Assembly (NCBI GenBank): GCA_025340205.1
Contig: CP006868.1
Span: 990,001-1,022,000 of the forward strand
Direction of reading: 5' to 3'
From: Ignicoccus pacificus DSM 13166
GTDB taxonomy: Archaea > Thermoproteota > Thermoprotei_A > Sulfolobales > Ignicoccaceae
Length of the DNA: 32,000 nucleotides
The position numbers and the translations under genes are program-made. Shown piece after piece: positions 1-8,205 of the stretch (position 1 is its first letter; each line of letters starts with the position of its first letter). The notes under the pieces were generated by a model that saw only the letters and a program-made list of their open reading frames with translations, had not been told where the DNA came from and did not search any database.

Positions 1-355
1 GCTGTTCGATCATATAGAAGTTTTCGAGAGAGATGGAATAAAGGTGAAGAGGAGCATATACCCGGAGGGTAAGGTGAAACTGTATGAAGGTACTCTTGAA
101 AGTTGTCTGAAACTGTTGGAAGACATGGAGTTCGAGAAGTGTGGCGAGATAAAGAAGGATATAGGATACCTAATGAGCGATGGAGAGCTAATGGTTGCTC
201 TGGAAAAGATAAACGGTAAGTGGGTCTTGGAAATAGAGCTCAATGGGGAGGACTTGGATAAAGCAATAGAGGAGATGAAGAAGGCTATGAGAAAGCTAGG
301 CCTCGGGAAACCCAGCGGAACGAGCACGAGGGAACTCTTTGGTCTGAGATGTTAA
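1..355 (+). CDS. CYTH-domain protein (CyaB-like class IV adenylyl cyclase / triphosphate tunnel enzyme), C-terminal part; the ORF runs off the left edge
   Basis: The frame is open from nt 2 (LFDHIEVFERDGIK...), so the listed GTG at 44 is probably internal. The pattern ...MEFEKCGEIKKD.GY...GELMVALEKINGKWVLEIEL...AIEEMKKAMRKLGLGKP matches the C-terminal strands and helix of archaeal CyaB/CYTH proteins as I remember them. Confidence 0.5.
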   Translation, partial: LFDHIEVFERDGIKVKRSIYPEGKVKLYEGTLESCLKLLEDMEFEKCGEIKKDIGYLMSDGELMVALEKINGKWVLEIELNGEDLDKAIEEMKKAMRKLGLGKPSGTSTRELFGLRC

Positions 356-801
356 TAGTACCAGTACCAAACTCCCCTCCTCTCCAAGAACCCCTCGCAC
401 TCCCCTTGAGGGAGACAGTCCACTATCTGGCCTGAGTAGACCAGCGGATAGGGAGGACCCCTCAACGCGTAAACCGGGTCATATCCTCTGGATCCCCTCA
501 CGACCTTCCCTCCCCCGCACTCGCAAACTATTGCCTCGCCCCACTCCCCCTTAATCCTTTCACATTTCGGAACTTCAGAGGTAGGGCACACCTCATATCT
601 TATCTTTTCACATCGAAGACAATGAATTCTATGTAAAGGTATCTGCGTGTCCCAAGGATCCACCAAGGAGCCTCCATAAAGGGCGTAGCAAGCCAATGGC
701 CTTATGAGCACCCTAATGTTCTTTCCCTGCCTGTTTATTATTCCAACAACGCACTTATCCAGCTCCTTAGCATACGCGTTCTTCAAAAGCTCCTCCAGCA
801 A
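352..801 (-). CDS. Cys-rich hypothetical protein (149 aa), probable Zn-ribbon-like
   Basis: Long ORF with a TTG start. Cysteine pairs occur in HCLRCEK...CPTSEVPKCE...CECGGG. No family recognised. Confidence 0.5.
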   Translation of the reverse strand: MLEELLKNAYAKELDKCVVGIINRQGKNIRVLIRPLACYALYGGSLVDPWDTQIPLHRIHCLRCEKIRYEVCPTSEVPKCERIKGEWGEAIVCECGGGKVVRGSRGYDPVYALRGPPYPLVYSGQIVDCLPQGECEGFLERRGVWYWYY

Positions 802-867
802 CGCTGAAGACCCTACTCAGCATCCGATGAAGAGGTCTTTAACGAGCGAGCGTTTCGAGGGAGAGGT

Positions 868-1887
868 GTGGGAAACATGATAATAGTCTTAAAGGAGAGA
901 GAAAGGGGTACCGAGGTCAAGAACCTTCTTCAAGAGAAGGGATTGAAGTTCTGGGAGGTCACCCTTTACGGGAGACCTCTCATAGTGACTCCTCCGGGAA
1001 CCTACCTAGAGGAAGTCAAGGACCTTCCTGGAGTGGAGCTGGTGCTAAACCCCAAGGTAAAGTATCCCTTAGCCTCTAGGGAGTTTAAGCAAGACGATAC
1101 GGTAGTGGAGATAGGAGGAAAGGCAAGGCTAGGAGGAGGGTACTTCTCAGTCATAGCCGGACCTTGTTCTGTCGAGAGTGAGGAGCAAATACTCGCCGCA
1201 GCGGAGGTTGTGAAAAGAGAAGGAGGAGCCGCGCTGAGAGGCGGAGCCTACAAGCCTAGGACCAATCCTTACTCCTTCCAAGGCTTGGGAGAGAAAGGGT
1301 TGGAGCTACTGGCAAAGGCTAGGGAGGCTACGGGACTCCCTATAGTGACCGAAGTGATGGACACTAGAGACGTTAAGAAGGTAGCTGAAGTGGCTGACGC
1401 CCTTCAAATAGGCGCGAGGAACATGCAGAACTTCCCATTGCTTAAGGAAGTAAGCAAGGTGGATAAGCCAGTTATCCTGAAGAGGGGACTGGGTAACACT
1501 ACGGAGGAGTGGTTTCAAGCGTCCGAGTACATACTCCTTGGAGGAAACGGAGGGGTAATCCTCTGCGAGAGAGGTATTAGGACGTTCGAGACTGCTACTA
1601 GGTTTACCTTAGATATAGCCGCTGTTCCCGTGGCTAAGAAGAAGGTTCACCTACCGGTCATAGTAGATCCCTCCCACCCAGCTGGTAAGAGGGACTTGGT
1701 CGAGCCCTTAGCGCTAGCTGGAATAGCCGCTGGAGCTGATGGCCTTATCGTGGAGGTCCATCCAAATCCGGACAAGGCCCTCAGCGACGCCGCCCAGCAA
1801 CTCACCTTCGAGCAGTTTAAGGATCTAATGAAGAAGGTAAGGGCGCTCGTGGAGGTTATGGGGAAGAAGCTCGTAACTCTTCAGTGA
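868..1887 (+). CDS. aroG: 3-deoxy-7-phosphoheptulonate (DAHP) synthase, type I-beta, with an N-terminal regulatory-type extra domain
   Basis: 339 aa. Motifs seen: [38 protein letters not shown]. An extra N-terminal segment of about 80 aa resembles that of the Thermotoga/Pyrococcus-type enzymes. Start is GTG 868 or ATG 877. Confidence 0.9.
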   Translation: MGNMIIVLKERERGTEVKNLLQEKGLKFWEVTLYGRPLIVTPPGTYLEEVKDLPGVELVLNPKVKYPLASREFKQDDTVVEIGGKARLGGGYFSVIAGPCSVESEEQILAAAEVVKREGGAALRGGAYKPRTNPYSFQGLGEKGLELLAKAREATGLPIVTEVMDTRDVKKVAEVADALQIGARNMQNFPLLKEVSKVDKPVILKRGLGNTTEEWFQASEYILLGGNGGVILCERGIRTFETATRFTLDIAAVPVAKKKVHLPVIVDPSHPAGKRDLVEPLALAGIAAGADGLIVEVHPNPDKALSDAAQQLTFEQFKDLMKKVRALVEVMGKKLVTLQ

Positions 1888-2087
1888 TCATTTCTAACGC
1901 CAATCCCAGCTCTCCAAGGGAACCCTCCAACTCCGCACACTTTTCCATGAGGGCTCTGAGAAGTCTTTCTATAGCCTCCAACCTTTCGACGAGGTCCTCG
2001 CAAGCCAAATCCTTCACCACATTATGAACATCTTCCTTAAAGCTCCTAGGGCGGGATGAAAATAAAGCTCTTCATAGTGAAAGTACT

Positions 2088-2098
2088 GATAATATTTA
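2088..2098 (+). promoter_or_regulatory. TATA-like box for purF
   Basis: GATAATATTTA lies 35-45 nt upstream of the purF GTG at 2133. Confidence 0.35.
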
Positions 2099-2132
2099 GC
2101 GCCCTCGCCTTACGAGGCACGGGAAACGACTG

Positions 2133-3431
2133 GTGTGCGGAATAGCCGCAGCTCGCGGAGCCGACGAGGTCTACTTACTCCTGGAGAGCCTACAGCACCG
2201 AGGTCAAGAGAGCGCCGGCATAGCTTGGGTCGAGGGCGACGAAATAAAGTTCGTTGGAGGTTTGGGCTTGGTTAAGGAAGCGATAAAGGAAGTTACTGAT
2301 AAAGGTCCAGCGATAGGTCATGTCCGTTACTCCACCTCCGGAGGCTACAGCAGAATACAGCCGGTCCATAACAAACACTATGCTTTGGCATTTAATGGAA
2401 ATATAGTGAACTTCTACGAGCTGTGGAACACCGATTGGGACGCCGAAGCACTGTTAATGGCTATAATAAACGAAATAACCAAGGGAAAAGACGTAGTAAG
2501 TTCTGTAAAAGAAGTGCTGAGGAGGGTGAGAGGGAGCTATAGCTTGCTTATGCTTACCTCAAAGGGTCAAGTGATAGTTGCCAGAGATCCCAAGGGATTT
2601 CGACCTCTAGCCTTCGAGGGAGCCTACGTAGCCTCTGAGACCGCTGCCTTGGAGGACTTAGGCAAGGGATGGAAGGAGGTTGAAGCTAACGAATTGCTTC
2701 TGATTGAAGAGGGAGAGATAGTAAGGAAGGAGAGGATAAGCGAGTATGATGGTAAGAGGGCGTACTGCGCTTTTGAGTACGTGTACTTCGAGCGTCCGGA
2801 GAGCTACTTTAACGGAATAAACGTCCATGAATCTAGGAAGAGAATGGGAATGATACTAGCTAAAGAGAAACCGGCGGACGCGGACGTCGTTATACCTGTT
2901 CCGGATTCGGGAAGGAGCGCCGCCATAGGATTCTCTAGAGCCTCCGGAATCCCCCTGGATGAGGCACTCGTGAAGAACAGGTACGTGGGAAGGAGCTTTA
3001 TCATGCCTCCCGGCATGAGGGAGAAGATAGCAATTAAGAAATATGGAGTGGTAAAGGAAGTGGTTGAAGGAAAGAGGGTCGTGGTAGTCGACGATAGCAT
3101 AATTAGAGGAACTACGATGAAGAGGATCGTAAAGCTATTAAGGGATAAGGGAGCCAAGGAGGTTCACGTAAGATCGGCCTCCCCCAAGGTTAGAGCTCCT
3201 TGTTATATGGGGATAGACTTCCCCGACCCGAAGGAATTAATTGCATCGATGAAGACTGAAGAGGAACTAGCGGAGCTCTGGGGAGCGGACAGCGTGGGGT
3301 ACCTAAGCGTCGAAGGATTGGTTAAGGCTATAGGAACGGAGGAGCTCTGTCTGGCTTGTTTTACCGGCAAATATCCGATAAGAATAACTGAAGAGGATAA
3401 GGTGAGGCATCTGAGAGCGCACAGATCATAA
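2133..3431 (+). CDS. purF: Amidophosphoribosyltransferase (glutamine-PRPP amidotransferase), 4Fe-4S type
   Basis: It starts MCGI, so the Ntn nucleophile Cys follows the initiator directly. Other motifs: RGQESAGI, the PRPP loop VVVVDDSIIRGTT, and the cluster cysteines in APCYMGIDFP and CLACFTGKYP. Confidence 0.92.
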   Translation: MCGIAAARGADEVYLLLESLQHRGQESAGIAWVEGDEIKFVGGLGLVKEAIKEVTDKGPAIGHVRYSTSGGYSRIQPVHNKHYALAFNGNIVNFYELWNTDWDAEALLMAIINEITKGKDVVSSVKEVLRRVRGSYSLLMLTSKGQVIVARDPKGFRPLAFEGAYVASETAALEDLGKGWKEVEANELLLIEEGEIVRKERISEYDGKRAYCAFEYVYFERPESYFNGINVHESRKRMGMILAKEKPADADVVIPVPDSGRSAAIGFSRASGIPLDEALVKNRYVGRSFIMPPGMREKIAIKKYGVVKEVVEGKRVVVVDDSIIRGTTMKRIVKLLRDKGAKEVHVRSASPKVRAPCYMGIDFPDPKELIASMKTEEELAELWGADSVGYLSVEGLVKAIGTEELCLACFTGKYPIRITEEDKVRHLRAHRS

Positions 3432-4388
3432 TGGGATGAACTTCTCCGTGAAGTCCCTGAGCTTCGCCTTTACCCATATTGCCCTGACGTTCACTCCTAA
3501 CATATTCCTATCAGCCGTAATCTCGAAAGCGGCGCTCTTCTCCTCCCCTCTGTCCATTTCCCCTAGTTCAGCTCTTCCGAGAATCCTTCCGGAAGAGTAT
3601 ATTACCAACACTACGTTGTCCGCTTTGCTTCCCTTATTCCTTACTACGATCTCCAGCTTTCCGTTCTCGTATTTGCCCTTGCTTATCTCTATTTTGGGAG
3701 TGTTAAGTTGGTAGGAGCCGGCTATGAAGGTCAGGGGAATGACGGGCTTCTCTGGTTCTATGCTGTAGCCCCCACCTTTATCACACTCCAAGACGAGCTC
3801 GTCCACCTCACCTAAGACAGTCTCCTTAAAGCAATCCCCTATCTTGACCTTGGTCTTATTAGGTGCCGAGGTCTTAAACACACCATAAAGCATTCCGGAC
3901 CTTTGGGCATCCAAGCTCCCAACCATAGTCTTTTGGGGATCTAGAGAAATTCCGTAGAAGTACTCGGCCTCACCCAATCCTTCATACTCATAGAATATGA
4001 TTAGACTACTTTGGAGGAGCTTTATCGCAGAAGAGCTGGTATTTACGACCCTTAACACGGGCTCTTCCAAGAGGACGTGCTTTGTGGGAGTCACGTTGAA
4101 CACGAATTTGGAGAGGATTTCGGAACCGTTCTCTTTTTGAAGGACGGGCTTGAACTCCTTGGTTAAGGAGAAGTCACCTATGTACACCCTCCACTTCTGA
4201 CTAACGCCGGACACGGTTAAATCTAAGTAAGCCTCCTTAAGCACGGCCCCTTCAGGTAGCTTGAAGCTCAGGGGAACTTCGACGCTCTCCCTCACGTTGC
4301 CGCTAACCTCTTCCACCTTTAGCGAGGTCACTATCTCCGCCACGCCGTTGATCTTGGTCTCAGCCACCCTCAGAATTTTCGATGTCAT
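3426..4388 (-). CDS. Hypothetical beta-rich protein (320 aa) with a CARDB-like C-terminal module
   Basis: Long ORF with an ATG start and no signal peptide. The C-terminal LEIVVRNKGSKADNVVLVIYSSGRILGRAELGEMDRGEEKSAAFEI resembles CARDB/Ig-like beta-sandwich repeats. Its 3' end overlaps purF by 6 nt, convergently. Confidence 0.6.
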   Translation of the reverse strand: MTSKILRVAETKINGVAEIVTSLKVEEVSGNVRESVEVPLSFKLPEGAVLKEAYLDLTVSGVSQKWRVYIGDFSLTKEFKPVLQKENGSEILSKFVFNVTPTKHVLLEEPVLRVVNTSSSAIKLLQSSLIIFYEYEGLGEAEYFYGISLDPQKTMVGSLDAQRSGMLYGVFKTSAPNKTKVKIGDCFKETVLGEVDELVLECDKGGGYSIEPEKPVIPLTFIAGSYQLNTPKIEISKGKYENGKLEIVVRNKGSKADNVVLVIYSSGRILGRAELGEMDRGEEKSAAFEITADRNMLGVNVRAIWVKAKLRDFTEKFIPL

Positions 4389-4441
4389 ATTGTTTTACCG
4401 TTGATCTACATTCCCGTGTGCTTTTTGAGGATTTGTCCGTG

Positions 4442-4449
4442 AATATTAT
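4442..4449 (+). promoter_or_regulatory. TATA box, best placed for the sRNA candidate at 4469-4530
   Basis: AATATTAT lies about 25 nt upstream of the 5' end of the box C/D-like element. It is about 120 nt from the TauE start, too far to serve that gene. Confidence 0.4.
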
Positions 4450-4468
4450 CTCCCCGACGATTGTGGGT

Positions 4469-4530
4469 AGAGGGATGAAGACTTACTCCCGGACCGAGAG
4501 GTGAGGACGACTTACCCGCCCGACCCCCTT
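4469..4530 (+). ncRNA. Box C/D-like (K-turn) sRNA candidate with non-consensus boxes
   Basis: AUGAAGA (4475-4481), 12 nt, CCGA (4494-4497), GAG, GUGAGGA (4501-4507), 12 nt, CCGA (4520-4523). It is flanked by GGG (4472-4474) and CCCCCTT (4524-4530) and has an upstream TATA. Confidence 0.4.
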
Positions 4531-4565
4531 AAACCCGCCTACCTCAACGAGCTCGGAGTGAAGGA

Positions 4566-5279
4566 GTGCTAGAGGCTCTCTTAGGAGGACTGCTAGCGGG
4601 AACCCTAGCGGGCTCGTTGGGCGTGGGGGGAGGAGCGATAACAATACCCATTCTCTTATTCATATTCAAGCTTCCCGCTCCTAAGGCCATTGCCACCAAC
4701 TTGCTAGTAGTGGAGGCCACGGCACTCTTCTCGTTATTCTTTCATCTAAGACAGGGTACGCTCAGGAAGGTAGGGGTAATTATGGGGCTTAGCGGAGTCC
4801 TAGGCACGATTGTGGGTAACGCCATCTTCTTCGAGCTAGCAAAGGGATACATGCTCGAGAAGGTCCTAGGAGGGGTATTCCTGTTCCTGGCTGTGCTAAT
4901 GTGGATAAACGAGGAAGGTCAAGAGGAGTTAAGCTTGGAGAAGTTGGTTATCGTGGGATTCTTGGCAGGGATCTATTCCGGAGTCATAGGGAAGGGAGGG
5001 GGTTCCTTGGCCGTCCCCCTATTGGTGATGATGTTCAAGGTGAGAACAAAGGAAGCAATAGGAGCCACGGCGGCATCAACGCCGATAATAGCGTTGAGCT
5101 CCTTGATCCCCAAGGCGCTGAGCGGACTGGTGGTCTATCAAGTGGCCCTATGGTTTGCGCCCGGAGCAGCTGTGGGAACAATGATAGGGAGCAAGCTCAT
5201 GAAGAAGGGGTCTCCCAAGTTATTGAGGAGAATATTCTCGTTGTTCCTAGCGTCCGTCGGCCTTAAGCTCCTCTTGTAG
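4566..5279 (+). CDS. TauE/SafE (TSUP, DUF81) family anion exporter membrane protein
   Basis: 237 aa and polytopic. It has duplicated G-rich helices (GSLGVGGGAITIPILL and GVIGKGGGSLAVPLL). GTG is the only in-frame start after the upstream TAA. Confidence 0.8.
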   Translation: MLEALLGGLLAGTLAGSLGVGGGAITIPILLFIFKLPAPKAIATNLLVVEATALFSLFFHLRQGTLRKVGVIMGLSGVLGTIVGNAIFFELAKGYMLEKVLGGVFLFLAVLMWINEEGQEELSLEKLVIVGFLAGIYSGVIGKGGGSLAVPLLVMMFKVRTKEAIGATAASTPIIALSSLIPKALSGLVVYQVALWFAPGAAVGTMIGSKLMKKGSPKLLRRIFSLFLASVGLKLLL

Positions 5280-8129
5280 CCCTCTCCACTTCTTGTAAGC
5301 AATTATCAGCGTCTCCAGGTAATCCTTTGGAGCCTTGAGCTCTATTCCTAGCGCCTTCGCTAAGGATTGAAAACTCAAGCTCTTCAGCTTGAGGTCCCTC
5401 CTTAGGGATCTGTATAGGTTGATCATTCTGTTTCTCGTCACTGCTTCTATGTAGAATCGATAGAGTAAAGGATACCTTCTAATCAAAGCCTCAAGTGCCT
5501 TCTCCGACATGAAGGTAACGGTGGTCCCGCTCTTTAACAAGTCGACCAATGGGAGTAGGTCTCTAGGTTTGTTCACCTTTATCCTCTTTATATCTCCTTT
5601 ATCATATATCCACAACTCCTCCACTTCTGGATCAAAGAGGAAGGCTTTGGGTATCTCCTCCACCTCTTTAGCATCCAACAGAACCTTCAAGTTTGGCTCC
5701 TTGGACCCAATCTCCTCTAGTAACTCAACGGCTAAGTCCTTCAGTTTAAGCCAACTCCCCCTCTTCTTCAGAACCTCCTCGACGCTGACTGGATCTATCA
5801 TTAGTGCTACGAGCTCCGTCATCTTATCATGTTTGTGCTTCTTGACCAGCTTAGCTAACTCCTTCCAGTTAATCCTTCTGAGCAGTCCAGAGGCCTCCGT
5901 CTCCCACACTACCACCTCCTTCGCTACCCCGTTCTTGAAGGAATACCTTAGCTCCGTTACGTCGAACGCCTCCTTAACTCTCAGAACCGAAAGGGCATAA
6001 GCCAACGAGGCCAGCACCTCTACCTCCTCCCAACGAGCGTCCAAGGGATAGGAGAAGCCGTAGGTGTAGTCCTCGTATTCCCCATAGGTCTCGGCGTCTA
6101 TTGCTATTTCCTCTCTGCTGTACACGGGTATTAACTTGTTCCCCACCTTCTTAACGTCAGCCTTCCTCGACTCCACGACCCAGAGGCTCTGAAGAGGGGT
6201 CTCGAGGAGCTTGCCGAAGCCCTTCCTCGGAGGCTTGACGAGCACCCTAACCTTTGAGGATAACTTACCAAAGCGGTAGTCCTTCATAGGATCCGCGTTG
6301 TATTCTCCCCACTTCTGCTTAGCCTTGTGATACTGCTGAAGAGCCTCGAATACCCATTGCTTTTCCCTCATCGCCTCCGGAAGATCCATCTCCAATATCC
6401 CGTCCTTCCCGACTTCTACAACTATGGCATCGCTGGTGTAGTCAAAGCAACCGGGCTGGAGCCTTTCTACGAAGTCTCTCCTTCCGACCTCGGGGAGCTT
6501 CTCCTTCCTCCCCTTCTTGATCACGACTCTAGGAATACCGTAGGGAGGTCCATATTCATAGAAGCCTAAATTGTTCCATACCCTTCTTCCCTCGGGAGTA
6601 AGTCTTCCCTCCTTTAGCAATCCCAAACTCTCAAGGAGCTCTTTCTCTTCTTCAAGTAATATCTCTCCTCGAATGACCTTCCATAAGCCTACGAAGAGCT
6701 TGCTCCAATCGTTATCTACGCTTATCTCAAGCTTCTCCAAGGGTAACTTAGTCCACTCTAAGAGCATTGAACTTCCATATTTTAGCAACTTCTTATCCCA
6801 TTGTCTGTAGGGGAAAATTATCGTCTCCGTGAAGGCTATGTCTCCCCTCCTCCCCTTTCTCCCTTCCCTTTGCTTGAACTCCCTTACCGTGTCAGGTAAG
6901 CCTATGTGGACTACCCTAACTATGTTACCTAGATCTATTCCTTGCGCTAAGGTCCTAGGTGTTATGATAACCTTTATCTTGCCCTCCCTGGCCAGCCTCT
7001 CTATCTCCTCTCTCTTCTTTTTAGACACCATGTGGTGATGGGATGCCACGGCGTCCTTGAACTGAGGAGGAAGCTTTTCTTGGACCTCCCTCAAGAGCTT
7101 TTCTGCCATTCTTATGCTGTTTACGAATACTAAAGTGAGGCCTTCCTTCTCGCAAGTGACATATCTAGCTATGACCTCGGAGTAGTCTATTGAGGCAGAA
7201 GGCATCCATATCCCCTTAGATCTCAGCACTTCTACCAAGAGATAGAGATTCTCCTTGAACTCTTTGAAGTCATCTATGACACTCGCAAAATCCGGGACGG
7301 CCCTGACTATCCTTGACTTGTTGCTCTTCGCCCACTTCCAGAGCTTCTCTATGTCCTTGGTGAGGACCAAGTAGCCTCTATTCTCCACCCTGAAGGGCTT
7401 GCCTCTAATGATTACTGTCTCCCTTCCGGTTATCTCGCTCAAGGTATGAGCGACCGCTTCCGGATCTCCCAGAGTGGCGGTCAGGAGGACCACTTGGGGG
7501 CCTAAATCTCCGTACTTTATGAAGTTCGATATTATCTCAACCATTGACAATACGGCGCTCGCTCCATGGGATCCGTAGAAGTCGAGCTCGTCGAAGACGA
7601 GCAGATTTACGTCGCTCAGAAAGGAGCCTAAGTACCCCCTTCCCTCGGCTATTCTCTTTAAATCCTGCATTAAGAAGGCCGGGTTGGTTGCAACCACGGA
7701 GGCATCGGTGACCTTCTTCGCGTTCCTTGAATCAACGGCTATTACCTTACCTGGAAGACCCAGCTCCTCGAAGTACTCCTTGATCCTCCTTAGCTGATCG
7801 CTCGCTAAGGCTAAGGTTGGGTAAACCGCTAGGGCTTTCATTGCGTTGGCTATAACTGGAATGACCCATGCTTCCGTCTTTCCGGACCCCGTCCCAGAAA
7901 CTAAGATCACGTTCTTTCCGGAGCTGAGAGCCTCGAAGGCTTCCTCTTGATGCTTGTACATCCTAACTCCTCTCAGCTTCTCTATAGCTCCCATGAGAAC
8001 GTCGTCGAACCTCTTATTGGAAAACTCGGGGGAGGAAGCGGGCTCCCTATAGCTCTCAAAGCTGTACCCCAGCTCCTTCAGCAGTCCTTCGCTGTCGCAT
8101 GGAACTATCATTACTTTTGCCCAAAGCAA
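5247..8129 (-). CDS. Large SF2 DEAD/DEAH-type helicase (YprA/MrfA/Hrq1/Hel112-like core) with about 480 aa of unassigned C-terminal region
   Basis: Motifs: GTGSGKTEAW (I), YPTLALASDQ (Ia), VFDELDFY (II), LLTATLG (III), LVFVNS (IV), TPRTLAQGIDLG (V), QREGRKGRRG (VI). The listed start is TTG 8129; ATG at 8111 (MIVPCD...) is an alternative. Confidence 0.85.
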   Translation of the reverse strand: MLWAKVMIVPCDSEGLLKELGYSFESYREPASSPEFSNKRFDDVLMGAIEKLRGVRMYKHQEEAFEALSSGKNVILVSGTGSGKTEAWVIPVIANAMKALAVYPTLALASDQLRRIKEYFEELGLPGKVIAVDSRNAKKVTDASVVATNPAFLMQDLKRIAEGRGYLGSFLSDVNLLVFDELDFYGSHGASAVLSMVEIISNFIKYGDLGPQVVLLTATLGDPEAVAHTLSEITGRETVIIRGKPFRVENRGYLVLTKDIEKLWKWAKSNKSRIVRAVPDFASVIDDFKEFKENLYLLVEVLRSKGIWMPSASIDYSEVIARYVTCEKEGLTLVFVNSIRMAEKLLREVQEKLPPQFKDAVASHHHMVSKKKREEIERLAREGKIKVIITPRTLAQGIDLGNIVRVVHIGLPDTVREFKQREGRKGRRGDIAFTETIIFPYRQWDKKLLKYGSSMLLEWTKLPLEKLEISVDNDWSKLFVGLWKVIRGEILLEEEKELLESLGLLKEGRLTPEGRRVWNNLGFYEYGPPYGIPRVVIKKGRKEKLPEVGRRDFVERLQPGCFDYTSDAIVVEVGKDGILEMDLPEAMREKQWVFEALQQYHKAKQKWGEYNADPMKDYRFGKLSSKVRVLVKPPRKGFGKLLETPLQSLWVVESRKADVKKVGNKLIPVYSREEIAIDAETYGEYEDYTYGFSYPLDARWEEVEVLASLAYALSVLRVKEAFDVTELRYSFKNGVAKEVVVWETEASGLLRRINWKELAKLVKKHKHDKMTELVALMIDPVSVEEVLKKRGSWLKLKDLAVELLEEIGSKEPNLKVLLDAKEVEEIPKAFLFDPEVEELWIYDKGDIKRIKVNKPRDLLPLVDLLKSGTTVTFMSEKALEALIRRYPLLYRFYIEAVTRNRMINLYRSLRRDLKLKSLSFQSLAKALGIELKAPKDYLETLIIAYKKWRGLQEELKADGR

Positions 8130-8176
8130 GGGCGAATGACAGCAATCTAATTAAGTGCACACCTTATCAGAAAAGC

Positions 8177-8186
8177 TTTTATATAA
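8177..8186 (+). promoter_or_regulatory. BRE/TATA promoter of the TIP49 gene (near-leaderless)
   Basis: AAAGC-TTTTATATAA is centred about 24 nt upstream of the GTG at 8206. It lies in the 76-nt divergent spacer shared with the helicase gene. Confidence 0.5.
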
Positions 8187-8205
8187 GCATTGATGAGACC
8201 TCACG

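Noticed and set aside
2053-2089. GGGAUGA ... CUGA pair in the purF upstream spacer
   Set aside because: The boxes are only 26 nt apart, too short for a dual-guide sRNA. The A/T-rich interior is better explained as the purF TATA region.
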